Shown here: piece by piece, positions 12,238 to 23,718 of the stretch
Layout of the letters: the number at the start of each line of letters is the position of its first letter
Position numbering within the stretch: the first letter of the stretch is position 1
NCBI GenBank assembly: GCA_027604505.1
Contig: JADIIX010000050.1
Span: forward strand, 62,001 to 126,000
DNA length: 64,000 nucleotides
Direction: 5' to 3'
Source: Gonapodya sp. JEL0774
Lineage: Eukaryota
Program-made: the position numbers and the translations under genes
Notes under the pieces: generated by a model
What the model saw: only the letters and a program-made list of their open reading frames with translations
What the model was told of the DNA's origin: nothing
Databases searched by the model: none

Positions 12238-15200
12238 TCACGCAGCCGACTTCCTCGCCCTCTCCTTAAACTCTCTTTTCAGCCTCTCAACCTCGTCACG
12301 GATCCAGTCGTGTCGCAGAATCTAGAAAGTGATGATATTTACCACGGCGTGAAGAGTGAACGTCGAGGACAAAGCAAAATATGGTGAAACTGATCAACCC
12401 ACGTCGTCAATCTTGATGCGTCTGTGTTCATCGTACGTGAGCATTTTGGTGATCAAATCGGCGCAAGCTGACGTGTCGTGAGCGATCATGGGTGAGTCCA
12501 CTGTGTGCAATCCCACTTGTCCTCACCCTGATATGAAATACTCACCTCGATCAATCTTGGCCGGGAATCTAAATTCTCCCTTGAGTATCTCCGCTTTATT
12601 TTGGAACGGATTCTCCCCAAAAACGATTGTAAAGAGCAACACGCCCAAAGACCTGCAACCGACACCCGAATTCCACCACCAAAAGCCAAAACGCACACAA
12701 AGAAATAAAGAAACAAACCAAATCAATTGCTAGATCGCCAACACCCTCGCTCGAAACCCCCCACGAGGCCGCTACCCACCACACCTCCGCCTCGGGACCC
12801 TTGTAGGGGGCCTTCCTGACCACCTCGGGCGAAGCAAAGTGCGTGGTCCCATTGAACTTTGTGAAGTAGTGCTCTCGGTCCTTGGGAATGCGAGACGCCG
12901 AACCGAAATCGACGAGCTTGACGTTGTAGTCTGCGTCGATGACAATGTTCTGCAGGAGGCATAGTGGTCAGTTGATTGGATGGAAAGAAGAAGGCAAGGC
13001 GGGAATGAGGGGCGATCAGTTTGTTGTGCGTGTTTCACAGCAACTCAACGACAGATCAAATGGACTCTACACCCCACAACCTCGTTCCTTTCCGTCTGTC
13101 TCCTACCCACCACTATAGGCCACCATCCCCCACCTCTACCCCTCCTACGTACCTCGTCCTTCAAATCCCGATGCACGTACCCCTTGTGATGCATGTGCTG
13201 CACGGCCATGGCGATCTGGGCGAAGATTTTCTTGCACGCGCGGTCCGAGAGTTGAATGTCTGTGTGTGGTGGGAAATAGATGGTACGGTGGACGAACAGG
13301 AAGGGCGGCGGTGTGAGATAATCCTGTGAGAGTTCCGAGAAGAGGGAGACAACTTACGAGCATCTGGAGAATACGTTCCAGAGACAACATGGGAATGTAA
13401 GTGATGGTGGTGGGAGTAATAAAGGAAAGCGATAACCAAGGGAAGTGGAAAAGTTGGTGTGTTGAATTTCTTCGCTTGCACTCAACACACTCGCACTGCC
13501 CCGCGGACTACCACCAACCCACCTATACATTCGAACAAATCACAACTTGTCCTCCTCCTGATGCTTTTCTCTTGCTCCTCCGTGAGTCTAAACAGCGGAC
13601 TGCACTCCATCTTCCCTTCTCCGCCCTGGGGCTTGACCCGCGGGGTCACTCGCAACCCCGGGTTCCGGCGAGGGTTGAGCTCGGGATTCCGCACGTCCCA
13701 CTCGGTGCCGTGGAGTTCGGTGACGAGGAGGACGTACCGGTCGTCGAGGATGTGCTCCACGTAGGTGATAACGCAGGGATGCCGGCAGGTGGACAGGATG
13801 GAGATTTCGAGGGGGGCGGGGCTAGGGTGCAGGGTAGGATCGGAGGTCCACAGGTCTGCCGGAATTTTGTCCTTGGCGATAAATTTAACGGCCACCTGGG
13901 GGAAAGGGGGGTTGTACGTTAGGAATGCACAGTGGTAGTGTCATTGGTTGTCCTCAGATCAGCACCGAGAGCAACGTTCAGTCCACCCCTTATTCATAAA
14001 CAGAACCCCTCCACCAACAGACCATATCAAAAAGGAACAACGGCTCTCTACCCAGAGGCCGCCCCGCAACACCCTCCCCCCTCCCCCCTCCCCCCCAACC
14101 CAGCCAACATCTAACCCACCTCTCTCCCATCCTCCAACCTCGTCGCCGTCATAACGAACCCAAACGCCCCATCTCCGAGCAACTGCCCGACCTTGTAGCG
14201 GTCTCTGAATCCTCTAGGCAGCTCCCTCGACCCATCCAGTAGCGCCACGACCTCTGCGTGCCTCTTGTTGCGCTCCTCGTCTTCAGGAGTCGTAGAAGCC
14301 GGTGCCGGTGGCAGCGCCGGTCGTTGAGCCTGCGCACCCGCCATGCCTTGTCCCTGTGTTGCTCCCGCCGCCGCCGCTTTTGCCGCCGGGCCGAGGGAAG
14401 CGGGTTTGACAGCCGATGAGAGCTGGCGAGGCATGGCAATAGGGAGTGCCGAGCGGAGGCCCATGCCCGGGATGGTGAAGGAAGCAGGGAGGGCAAGGGC
14501 GGACGTGGAGAGTGGACGGGGTTTTGCGAGTGGCGAAGTGGTGGGTGCGTAGGAGTCGTCTTTGGCGAAGAGGCGGGTTTTGTTCGAAGGGGGGAAAGTA
14601 GGGAAGGACTTTCGCGTGGTGGTGGCGAGGCGGGGTGGCGGTGTGGGCGGTTGGGTGGAGTATGAGGGTAGCGGGGGCGACGATGCAGAAACAGAAAAGG
14701 AGGACGCGGAGGTGGTGGAGGTGGTGGAGGCGGTGGATGGTGTTGACGATGCAGGCGACGGGGATATATCTGCCGAGGAGGATGTAGTGGAGGAGGGCAC
14801 GAGGGTGGTGGCCGAGTTTGGGAGGTGGGACTGCCCGCCGCTGGTACTGGTTGCACCACCCGCGCCACCACGATGAGCAACGGTCGAAGCCGAAGCGTAC
14901 ACGGTAGGATAAGCTGGTGAGACGAGATCAGAAATGGGGGACGAGAAAGATCCGGAAGTGCTCGGAAGGAAGAGCGAGTATCGTTGCTGAGGTGTGCGGG
15001 GGGCAGAGGGGAGTGAGGCTGCCGAGATGGAGAGCGAGGAGAGTGTGACATCTGGGTCACGGGATGAGAGTGCGGACGCGGTCAGAGAGGTGTCAGATGA
15101 GTTTGCGGCGCCGGATCCGTCTGCGTACTCCGCGTCGGTGAGGAGAGTATGTTCTGAGGCGGGCTTTGTGGACGACGACTCAGAGTCGTTGAGCGCGGCG

Positions 15201-15913
15201 AAGGAGGAGCCGACAACGTAGGCAGATTGAGGGCGCGTGGAAGAGAACTGATACTGGCGTGGCTGGTGCGGTTGGTTGTGTTGGTGCTGATAGGAGTTGT
15301 GGTGGGTGAGGTTTGCGGTCTTGCCAGCTGCGCGTGTTGACCATTGGGACGCGGAGAACGATTTGGAGAGGAGGTCTCCCGGTTTTGAGGAAGATGTCAG
15401 AGGAGGAGAGTGTTTGGGGGAGTCGGTGGGAGAAGAGGATTTGGGGTGGGCGGAGTGGGACAAAGGAGTGGAAGGAGGCTTGTCGCGCTGGTCCTTGTCC
15501 TTGTCCCTTTCCTTTTCCGAGTTGCGAGATTTCCACGGAGCAACCAGAGTTGAGAGCCAAGCAGCATAACCGGAAGAAGGTTTTGGTTTGTGGGAGTTGG
15601 GCTGTTGAGCGGGAACGGGTTGCATTGTAGAGTTGTGAGAGGTGTCGATGTGTTTGATGTTTGAGGTGTCTCTGCGAGAAGCAAGCGATGAGTGAGATGC
15701 TGCTGATGGTTGTGGGGAGAGCGCGTGTGCGTGCATGTGCGGGTGGTGCATGTGCCCAGACGTCGCTGGCGTGTTGAGCGTCGCAGTCGAGTCCCCGATG
15801 TTGTGTTCGACCGAGTCCGAGAGTGTGATTGACGCCAGCAGATTGAGCACAGATGGCGACGCTTCCCGGTGCCCAGACGGGGACGCGTACGCTGTCGACT
15901 CGGTGTCCGTCAT
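12238..15913 (-). CDS. Ser/Thr protein kinase, PASK/PIM-like, with long Ser/Pro-rich N-terminus
   Basis: LGDGAFGFV, VAVKFI, DLFECIDAH, HRDLKDEN, DFGSA, GTTHFASPE and WSLGVLLFTIVFGENPF across exons; first exon is ORF 14111-15913. Confidence 0.88.
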
Positions 15914-16794
15914 CGCTCGCCTTCGGTTCGTCGGTGATGCTCCAGAGACTACGCGGTATCAAGCTTTCAGTCCTCTTATGCCGCGTATGCAGCGTTGAGA
16001 CTGTTCTTATCCGCTCTGGTGTGGATTGCTTGTGCAGCCGACGAACGCACGGCAACGGGCGGCGAAAGAACTGCTCCACCAATCACACGCTAATATGGCT
16101 GATTGTCGACGATGATGACCGCCGCCTTCGCTTTTGATGTCACTGTCGTCGCCGAATGCTCCTGCTCTTTGATGGTTTTTCCTTCGCTCGGTGTTCGCGC
16201 GTTTTCCTCAGTCAACTCATCTGAAACTTGCACCCCACGGCACATCGGCACAGCCGTGGATCCGCAAGACTGCGCCACACCTATGCCCTCACAGAAAATG
16301 TTGAACAACGCACAAACGCATCGTTGTATCTTTCAATCAGGCGTGAATTGTCCCTGTTGCGAGTGCGAGAACCATACACTCGATATCGTAACGTTTTCTG
16401 AATACGTTAGTTATTCTGTTATCCTGATGTTGGCCGACGAGCCCACATCCACGTTCTGATGAAGCCAAATGAAACGAAGTACCCGCTGCAACGTCTTTTG
16501 TAAGAGACTGTACGCTCTAAGCAAGCAACCGAAAGCATGAAGTGAAGTTTGAGTCTTGTGACACTGCGAGAGGTAAGTGCAACGGTTCATGAGCCTGTCT
16601 TGATTCCCAAATAGAACAAGACGTGCTTTTGAATCTCGGACGTTCTTGGAACAAATGCTGCTCATGTGGGGAATGTGACAGCATCAAATCAGACATGACT
16701 TTACCCTAATGCCCAGTGCTGTCCTGGCACTAATGGGGAAATCACACCCATCTTGCCACCCGGACCCACTCCTTCCTTCCCTCACGCCACTGTA

Positions 16795-16978
16795 CCGACT
16801 CCATCAAGCATAAACTACAGTTGTGCACTTTGTCTTGCAGTCCGCAAGGGCAACCCTCAGTTAGAGAACAGTGTGTACATCTCAAAGTCCACTCACCGCA
16901 CAGAAGGGGTGCGTTCAAGGAAGCTGAACAGAATGGACACAAGAATGTCGAGAACTTCGTAAAATCACGTTGTTGGTA
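16795..16978 (+). pseudogene. Possible degenerate ankyrin-repeat fragment
   Basis: Two ankyrin-like peptides in different frames (NYSCALCLAVRKGNPQL; RGAFKEAEQNGHKNVENFV); no coherent ORF. Confidence 0.25.
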
Positions 16979-17393
16979 GACCACAGAGGGGTGTTGGGCG
17001 GGGGGAGGGAGGTCAGAGTGAGGAATCAAGCAAGACGGTTGTGGGCTCCCTGGCACACTTGATGAATTACAACCATTATCCACATCTGCAATCTACCATT
17101 TCGTGGATGAGGATTGCCCGATTTTTTTTATATGGAGACGTTCAATGTCATGTGGGATTAGTCTCGAACTACATTGTGTTCTCGGCGCCGGAAGTCCCGG
17201 AACAGAGGGTAGTGTGTACCGAAGGTGAAGTCAGCTGAGACGTAGAGTGCACCGTGGCTAGATTCATTCAAGACGTTGGTTTGAATTTTGCTAAGTATCG
17301 CTGAGAAAGTGACGTCATCATCAGAGTCACGCTGCTCACTACCGTGGTCAGTCATTGGCTGGCGGTTTCACGTACATCCTGCTTCCTCGCCCA

Positions 17394-20300
17394 ATGGGCA
17401 CACTTGACTTCGATTCCATCGATTTTTCTCCTGGCGCGTCCTGGACACCCGCACAGCCTTCGATTGATGCGGTGGGGAAGCTCGCAAAAGCCGTCAAAGG
17501 TGAGTTGTTCACGTTATCGCATCAATTCCAGTCGAGTGGTATTCGAAAGCTCCATTAAATAAGGGCGGGGGGGGGGGGGCGGGCGGGGGGGGCCGGCGGG
17601 GGGGCGGGGGGGCCGCGGCGGGGGGGGGGCCGGGNNNNNNNNNNGCAATCGTTATTTTGTCACGTTTTCCCAACAATTCCATTCGCTTGGTATTCGAAAT
17701 CTCCATTAAATAACCCCCCCCCCCCCCCCCACCCCCCATCACCTCTGTTTCAAAAGACCTCTGCGCTCACTTTCATCCTCCCATTGGCTCCAAGGATGAT
17801 GGACCGTGCTCCCTCGTTGGGGTCGTCGGTTCGTTCGATGTTGGAACCATAACCACCGACATATACGGAGTCGCCGCGATTTCGTACGGTGATACGACAA
17901 GTGCAATCGATCGCATTGCTGGATGGGAGTTGAGCAAGGTACACAAGAGTTCTTTTTCGGACGGATGTGTAGCGTGTGGATCGCTCACGGTGCTGTGCAA
18001 CCATCAATGTCTCTCCACCGTTCAGTCATCCAGCTCCACTCATCAAATACCTCTGACCGAGAACCTCCGGCTCCGCCTTCATCTGGATCGTGCCAGTAGC
18101 GCTGTTTTCGTCTCGGTCGACGGCCGCGCTGTAGACTACCGGCCGTACGAGGAAACCAAGCGATTGTGGACAGCGCTGCAGCTTTGTCTCGTTACTATTT
18201 GTGATATAGTGGTGGTACGTGGGTGTGCAGACTGGCTTTTCTTTGCTGTGGATGAAGGGAGATGATGGGTGGACACTTATCAATCCGTGCAGCTCGTCTC
18301 TCTAGACGCTGCACTCTCTTCTTCTCACGCGTCGATTCTGCGTCAAGCACACTCCTCCAAGGCAACTCTCACGACATTCTCGGACAAGATGCATCGCATG
18401 AGAGATGTAGTAGCTTCACACGTTGGAAACGTGCGTAACATCTCTCCAAGCAGCACAACGAATCGGATACCGGCGCTCTTTGCCGCTCATTATGACCGCG
18501 ATATGACCTCAGGGAAGGACTCGGGTCGTACGTCGTATTTGCGGCCGGTGCTGAGAGAACTCGGAATTCTCGGTGTCGACCCGTCGGACTCGCAGAGAGC
18601 CATCGTGTGCTTGTCGGACGTGTTTCCGACAGAATACGACTTATCTCCTATCGACAGGAAAGGCGACGAGGCTCAGAAGCTGAGGAGCGGATCGACATCA
18701 CTCTTGGACTACATCGTTCTGAAGGCTGAACAGGGTGATGCGACTATCCCACAGTGGCAGACCCCGAAAGACGATGAAAACACCACGTCCACCCGCAACA
18801 CATCCAATGGACCTCACTCGGAACCTCGACACAAACAAAGTTTCCGCAACGTTCTCACATCAGTTGCGAAAGGTGGAACTTCGGCGTTGTTCCGAGGCAC
18901 AGTTCGTGGTGAGGCCAGAGGAGGTGGATACGGGGTCGCCCGTGGGTACTTTGCGCCTCTTCGAGGAAGGTCGTTAGGAGGGAGATCGGCTGGCGCCGAG
19001 AGACCAGACCCGAGACATGGGTCAAGCGAATCGGAGGTTTGCACCTGACTTCCTGCCGAACATCCCACATGATATTTAATTTTCTCCCCATTCGTCACTA
19101 TTCGACAGCTCCCTACGCCTCTTCAATGTCTTACAACTTTTGCTTTGCTTGGGCTCTGCTTCTCAATGTCGGATCCGTTCGGTGTCGCCAGCCTCCACGA
19201 CACCCACGAGGAACTCTCCGCTCTGAAAGACGTGGGTACGAGTGTTCTCAGTGCGTCCAAGACTGCGGCCGATTCGGATTCTGAATGGTCGGAAAGTCAC
19301 TGCCAGGACGCGGAGGACAAAGCTGTGGTTATCTATGGAATGACTAACCCGGAACGGCCATTGTATGGAACAGACGAGCATAAATCAAGGGTAGGTTTTT
19401 AGTTCCAGCTGATTGAAGTCTCATCGCCTGATTTGCGATCGCTTTATATGTTCGTGTTCAGCTCTCCGCTGCGCTGAATGTGTACCGGCGACTCGCGCGT
19501 GGTCCCGCGCGTAAACAGCATGAAGCAACTCTTGTCAGCAGATGCGATGTGGTGTGGAAGGGCGATCCGACAAAGGGCCTCGAGGGAAAAAGGAAATGTG
19601 AAGAGATGAGTTTTCTGGACCACGAATGCGAGCGAGAGGTGACGATTACCTTCCTTGCAAGTACAGCATTGGTGTTGTTCTACTGGCTGACCCTCTGCTC
19701 CACTGTAGTTTGCCCACACAGGACAGCACATGACAGAGAAGAAAGTCCGACAATCGTGTGACTGTGGGAGATATATGAAGGCGCGGAGTGAACCATTCGA
19801 CGCGTCGGTAAGTGGATGATCAGCTTTCAAAAATTGCTCAATCATTGGCAGAATCCTTCCCATATCTTTTCCCCTCGCAGAGTGGTAATTATTTGGCACT
19901 ATCCTGCTGTCCGCAACTTGGCAACCCAGCTCGACTGTTGCCATCCACCGCAAACGACCTGCAACCCCTCAACTTCATATCACAAAGCTTCTCAGGAGAT
20001 GAACAATCAGCAGACACCTTACCAGCACTCTCTTCTGCAGAATCTGTCGACTGGGCGTGGTCCCTTGTACGAGTGGCCTCTCATTCTTACTTCGATCGAC
20101 AAGACGGCGTTGTGAAAGGAGGAACAGGGTGGGGTGTCCTGTTTGGCAAGACTGCTCGTGAGCAAAAGGCGCCACCAACATACCGCGAATCTGTGAGCAA
20201 AGATCGGGGGTCAGATGGGAAGGAACGAGCGAAGCGGAGAAAGGATGACGTGCCGTCTGATGGTCAGTGGACATACTTCGGTTGGCTTTGCCGCGACCGG

Positions 20301-21236
20301 AAATCATCCGCTAGTCCAACAGCTTTCAACTCCTCGACCCTGCTTCAGGCTCACATGCTCCACGACCCACTACTCTGGCTTCGTTCATTGATTTGAAATC
20401 TCTCTCCGAAGATCGCACCACAGGAACCGCAACTGCAAGCAGTTCCTCAAAACCTTCTAATGTGAAACCAGATTCGGAATCACATATACCGAAAGATCAA
20501 CGACTTTTTGCCTTGGAGTATGAGGTAGGTGTAAATGTGCTTGACTGCTAAATTCCAACAGTCGCTCATGATAACAATCTTCGTTTCTGCAACTCGGTTT
20601 GGAAGTGCCCGATGGGCCACCGGTACCACCCCCACCCGCTAACCCTTCGTCCACTTCGTCCTTCCACTCCACCGACTGCGGGAATCGCCGGCCAGCGTCT
20701 GGTTGATAAGGATTGGCCAATCTTCATTCCTTGTGCGATCTGTAGTCCGGAACTTTTGCAGGCTCTACCGAGCACCGAGAAAGCGCCGGTCCGTGTTCTT
20801 GGCCGCTCCAGTGAGAAATCAAAACAAGGAACAGTGGTCGTGGCGCAATTAATGCGGATCAAGGTGTCTGTCGGAGAGTTGCAAGATGTTGTTCGACTGT
20901 CACCGACCGTTTCGGTGGGTTCATGTGCATTCGTCCAAACCTCTTGAAAAGTGTTGAATTAACCTAACGGTCTCACGATTATTTCAGCTATCTATTCCTG
21001 TCCGAAATGGCTCAGGGGACACGAGTGCCAATCAGACCAGTCAGTCGTTTTCCTTTTCACCGACCACTGAATCAATTACTTTGCCACCTGGCACATCCAC
21101 AGTTCTTCGCCTTCCTTACATATATGTGAATCCACACTCTGGAGAGCCAATTCGATGGCCTGTGAGTCCGTCCAAACGCCTGGATTTACACTCTGGGGCT
21201 TTCCTCCGTGCTGGTTGGCTGGTGTTGGGGGATTGA
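17394..21236 (+). CDS. SMG8: Nonsense-mediated decay factor SMG8-like (spans an assembly gap located in an intron)
   Basis: Exon peptides YRRLARGPA...RCDVVW...KCEEMS..HEC, CDCGR....SEPFD, KCPMGHRY, IFIPCAIC, AQLMRI and LPPGTSTVLRLPYIY follow, in order, SMG8 family motifs recalled from animal/plant proteins. Start approximate. Confidence 0.75.
17562..17737. other. Assembly gap (10 N) flanked by G- and C-runs and a duplicated ~55-bp segment
   Basis: N run at 17635-17644; the sequence ending TTCGAAAGCTCCATTAAATAA before the G-run recurs with mismatches just before the C-run after the gap. Confidence 0.85.
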
Positions 21237-21397
21237 GGTTTGTATATACTAATGGCGACAAGCTACTCAATTGTTAAGGACTCCTGTAGTATACTCATGT
21301 CTACACCGTGATTGTACATTGATTATAAATCAGACCGTTGCTGGTAGATGACCAATTTCTCACCCGACCACGAAGAGGGCACTTGTGTTACATCTTT

Positions 21398-22904
21398 CTA
21401 TCGCCCCAGCATATTAAGTATATTCTCAAAAACTAGAAATGTCGCCGCGTTCACACATACACCCCGGGTGATGCACACTCCAAAACCATTCATGAATCCA
21501 CGCCATCCGAGTTCTGCATACGTTTTCCGAATGCACGTAGCAATTGAGGGGTATTTAGAGAAAGTAGGGTCTGGATGATCAGCCTTGATGGCGGAAGTAC
21601 AACCAACACGTTCAAGGAAAATATGGATGTGAGATTCTGACTGTTGCCATGCAAAAGCAGGAGGTACCTGTATCCGGGTTTTCACTACATCAATCGGATA
21701 GACGGATCCCCAACTGTAAAAGTAATAAGGGCGTTTGAAGCCTGTCGGTACGCCGGGCGTAAAAGTGGAGAACCTGACACTCACTACGCTGCTCCTGATA
21801 AACCACCAAAAAGCATAGCCGCAGAGCGAGGCAAATGTTCTCGCTTTTGAATTCCATTATTTAGCATGTAGCGTTGTGTAAGGTACTCGTACGTGTATAA
21901 GAAACAGACATAGCTTCCGCCGGGATGAGGTGTCGTGAGGGAATACAAACCGAACAGGTCATCGCAGTGAGCTCACGCTTGTACCTCACGCCACAGGGTT
22001 ACTCGGTAGCCCTTAAATACACCGGCAATGCCATGGTTCTTCCACATGTAACGAGCCACATGCACTGGTCCTTTAAAATGTGGTAACCCTGCAATCGCAC
22101 TGGATGCCCTCGAGCGCTGTATCTGAAGCCGTATACGAATATGCTCGATCGGTGCCGTCACGTTAGTGATTGCAATTCCACTTGCGAGGCCACATGCGAC
22201 GATTTCCGACGACATGAGTGTTGCATCGGTCCGGCCAGGCCGACTTCGGAAATAGCGCTTGCAAACTTCGTTGGTCAAGAAGGAGGTCGAGATTGCGATA
22301 GGTTGTGTCACGAAGGGGAATGCGGAACCTATTGAAGTGTTGAACGGGTAAAGACAGGACCAGTTTGAGTCGTGTCAGCATCCGGAGGCAGCTCACCTTC
22401 AGAGTAAAACATTCTTTCCGTCAATACCGAAAACGAGAACCGGGATGGAACGAGACTCACCTTTGTAAAACGCGAGAGGACCTTCGAACTTCAGTATTTG
22501 CGATGCACAGTGGAAGGGGCCCTTATAAAGAGGAACAGTCCCAGCTGTCCCCGCAGATTGTATCTGCAGGCGAACTTTGACGGTATCAAAGGGCTAATGC
22601 GATGAAGCGGGAATGAAGCATACTTCAAAAAATCCGATCCGCTCCGATCACAGCAGAATCAACTCACCGCTCCGACCAGAACCTGTGTGAAGCCACCCGC
22701 GGCTGATGCAACCAAATCTGATAAATTCGATCACGAAACATCGTGTAGGGAGTGAGATTTGTCCATGGACTTTGAAGGGAAAGTGCAGTTGGTAGTACAA
22801 CCTCGCGCCAATCTCGCCGAGTCATTCTTCAGCGAGTTCGGAATTGCGATCTGAGGTTCTGGTTGATGGGAATGTTGCAATCCTTCCTCTATCAGCTCTT
22901 CCAT
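21398..22904 (-). CDS. Mitochondrial carrier (SLC25), YMC1/carnitine-ornithine carrier-like
   Basis: DLVASAAGGFTQVLVGA|PFDTVKVRLQ, PIEHIRIRLQ and YPIDVVKTRIQ are three Px[DE]xx[KR]x[RK] signatures; C-terminal NAATFLVFE. Confidence 0.88.
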
Positions 22905-23718
22905 GGATTGACCAGCGGCGAATATAGATAGAGCTTCGATTTTAGAGTTCTTTGGATTCGTGAACAGCCGAATAGTTCATACATACATTGCCGAGTTTAT
23001 ACACTCGTGCTATTTCGCCATCATAAGAATCCGAGCCGCGATCGAATCTCCCCATCGCTGCTTTCACGATGTCTCCAAAATCGAAGACCCCTGCGAGTTC
23101 CCCATTCCCTTCGGTTCGCACTCTCGTCGTTTCTCCTCCTCATCTCACTCCTCCACAACCCACGCCAGCCATTCGGGAACAAGAGGCCGCGGCGCTCGCC
23201 TTTTGCGATTATCTCACTTGACAATGTAGCTTTTCTCCTTGGACTGAACCAACTCCCGCGGACTCAACTAGCTCTCCCCTAGTCGTTTGTTCATCTCGTA
23301 CTGTTAAACTTCACTGGTGGTGCTCAAGGGTAAGTAACGAGGACAGCACTTAGCATCACGCTTTTGTGCATGTAGAAGCGGTGCCATGATGAGCACTTGC
23401 CACACCGGCTGAAATGGGGGACACACTCAAAACACTCAGTAAATAGTGACAATTCAGCAGAGAAATGCTCTCTTTGGATTGCTTGTAAAGTTGGCAGTTT
23501 TTGAAGTGGTCGGTGGAAGTGAAGCCGAACCCGAACGCAAATTCCACCCAACATACTGGCCGATTCCCAGCGATCGGCAGCAGACGGGGAACGAAGTTAA
23601 TTGGAAGCGGGGCCCAGTTATCGGAGTTCGCTGTTGATCGGTCCCGGCCGTGCCTGGTGGAGTGTGTAGCCGTCGGGTTCGGGCGGGGATTGTTGAACAC
23701 GACTTCTTTGATAGGACG

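Noticed and set aside
14149..16082. Long overlapping alternative-frame ORFs in the kinase N-terminal exon
   Set aside because: Expected from GC-rich low-complexity sequence depleted of stop codons; no motifs.
17562..17634. G-rich run resembling a G-quadruplex or a poly-Pro ORF
   Set aside because: It abuts an N gap and looks like low-quality read tail.
22720..22766. ATG at 22766 with an in-frame TGA before the mitochondrial carrier domain
   Set aside because: It lies inside a GT-AG intron; an upstream exon from ATG 22904 splices in frame.
23446..23660. In-frame TGA after Cys (RC*) linking ORF 23446-23637 to the 1139-aa ORF, suggesting selenocysteine read-through since some early-diverging fungi use Sec
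   Set aside because: No redox-fold context, no similarity to a known selenoprotein and no SECIS recognised; probably UTR or unresolved splicing.
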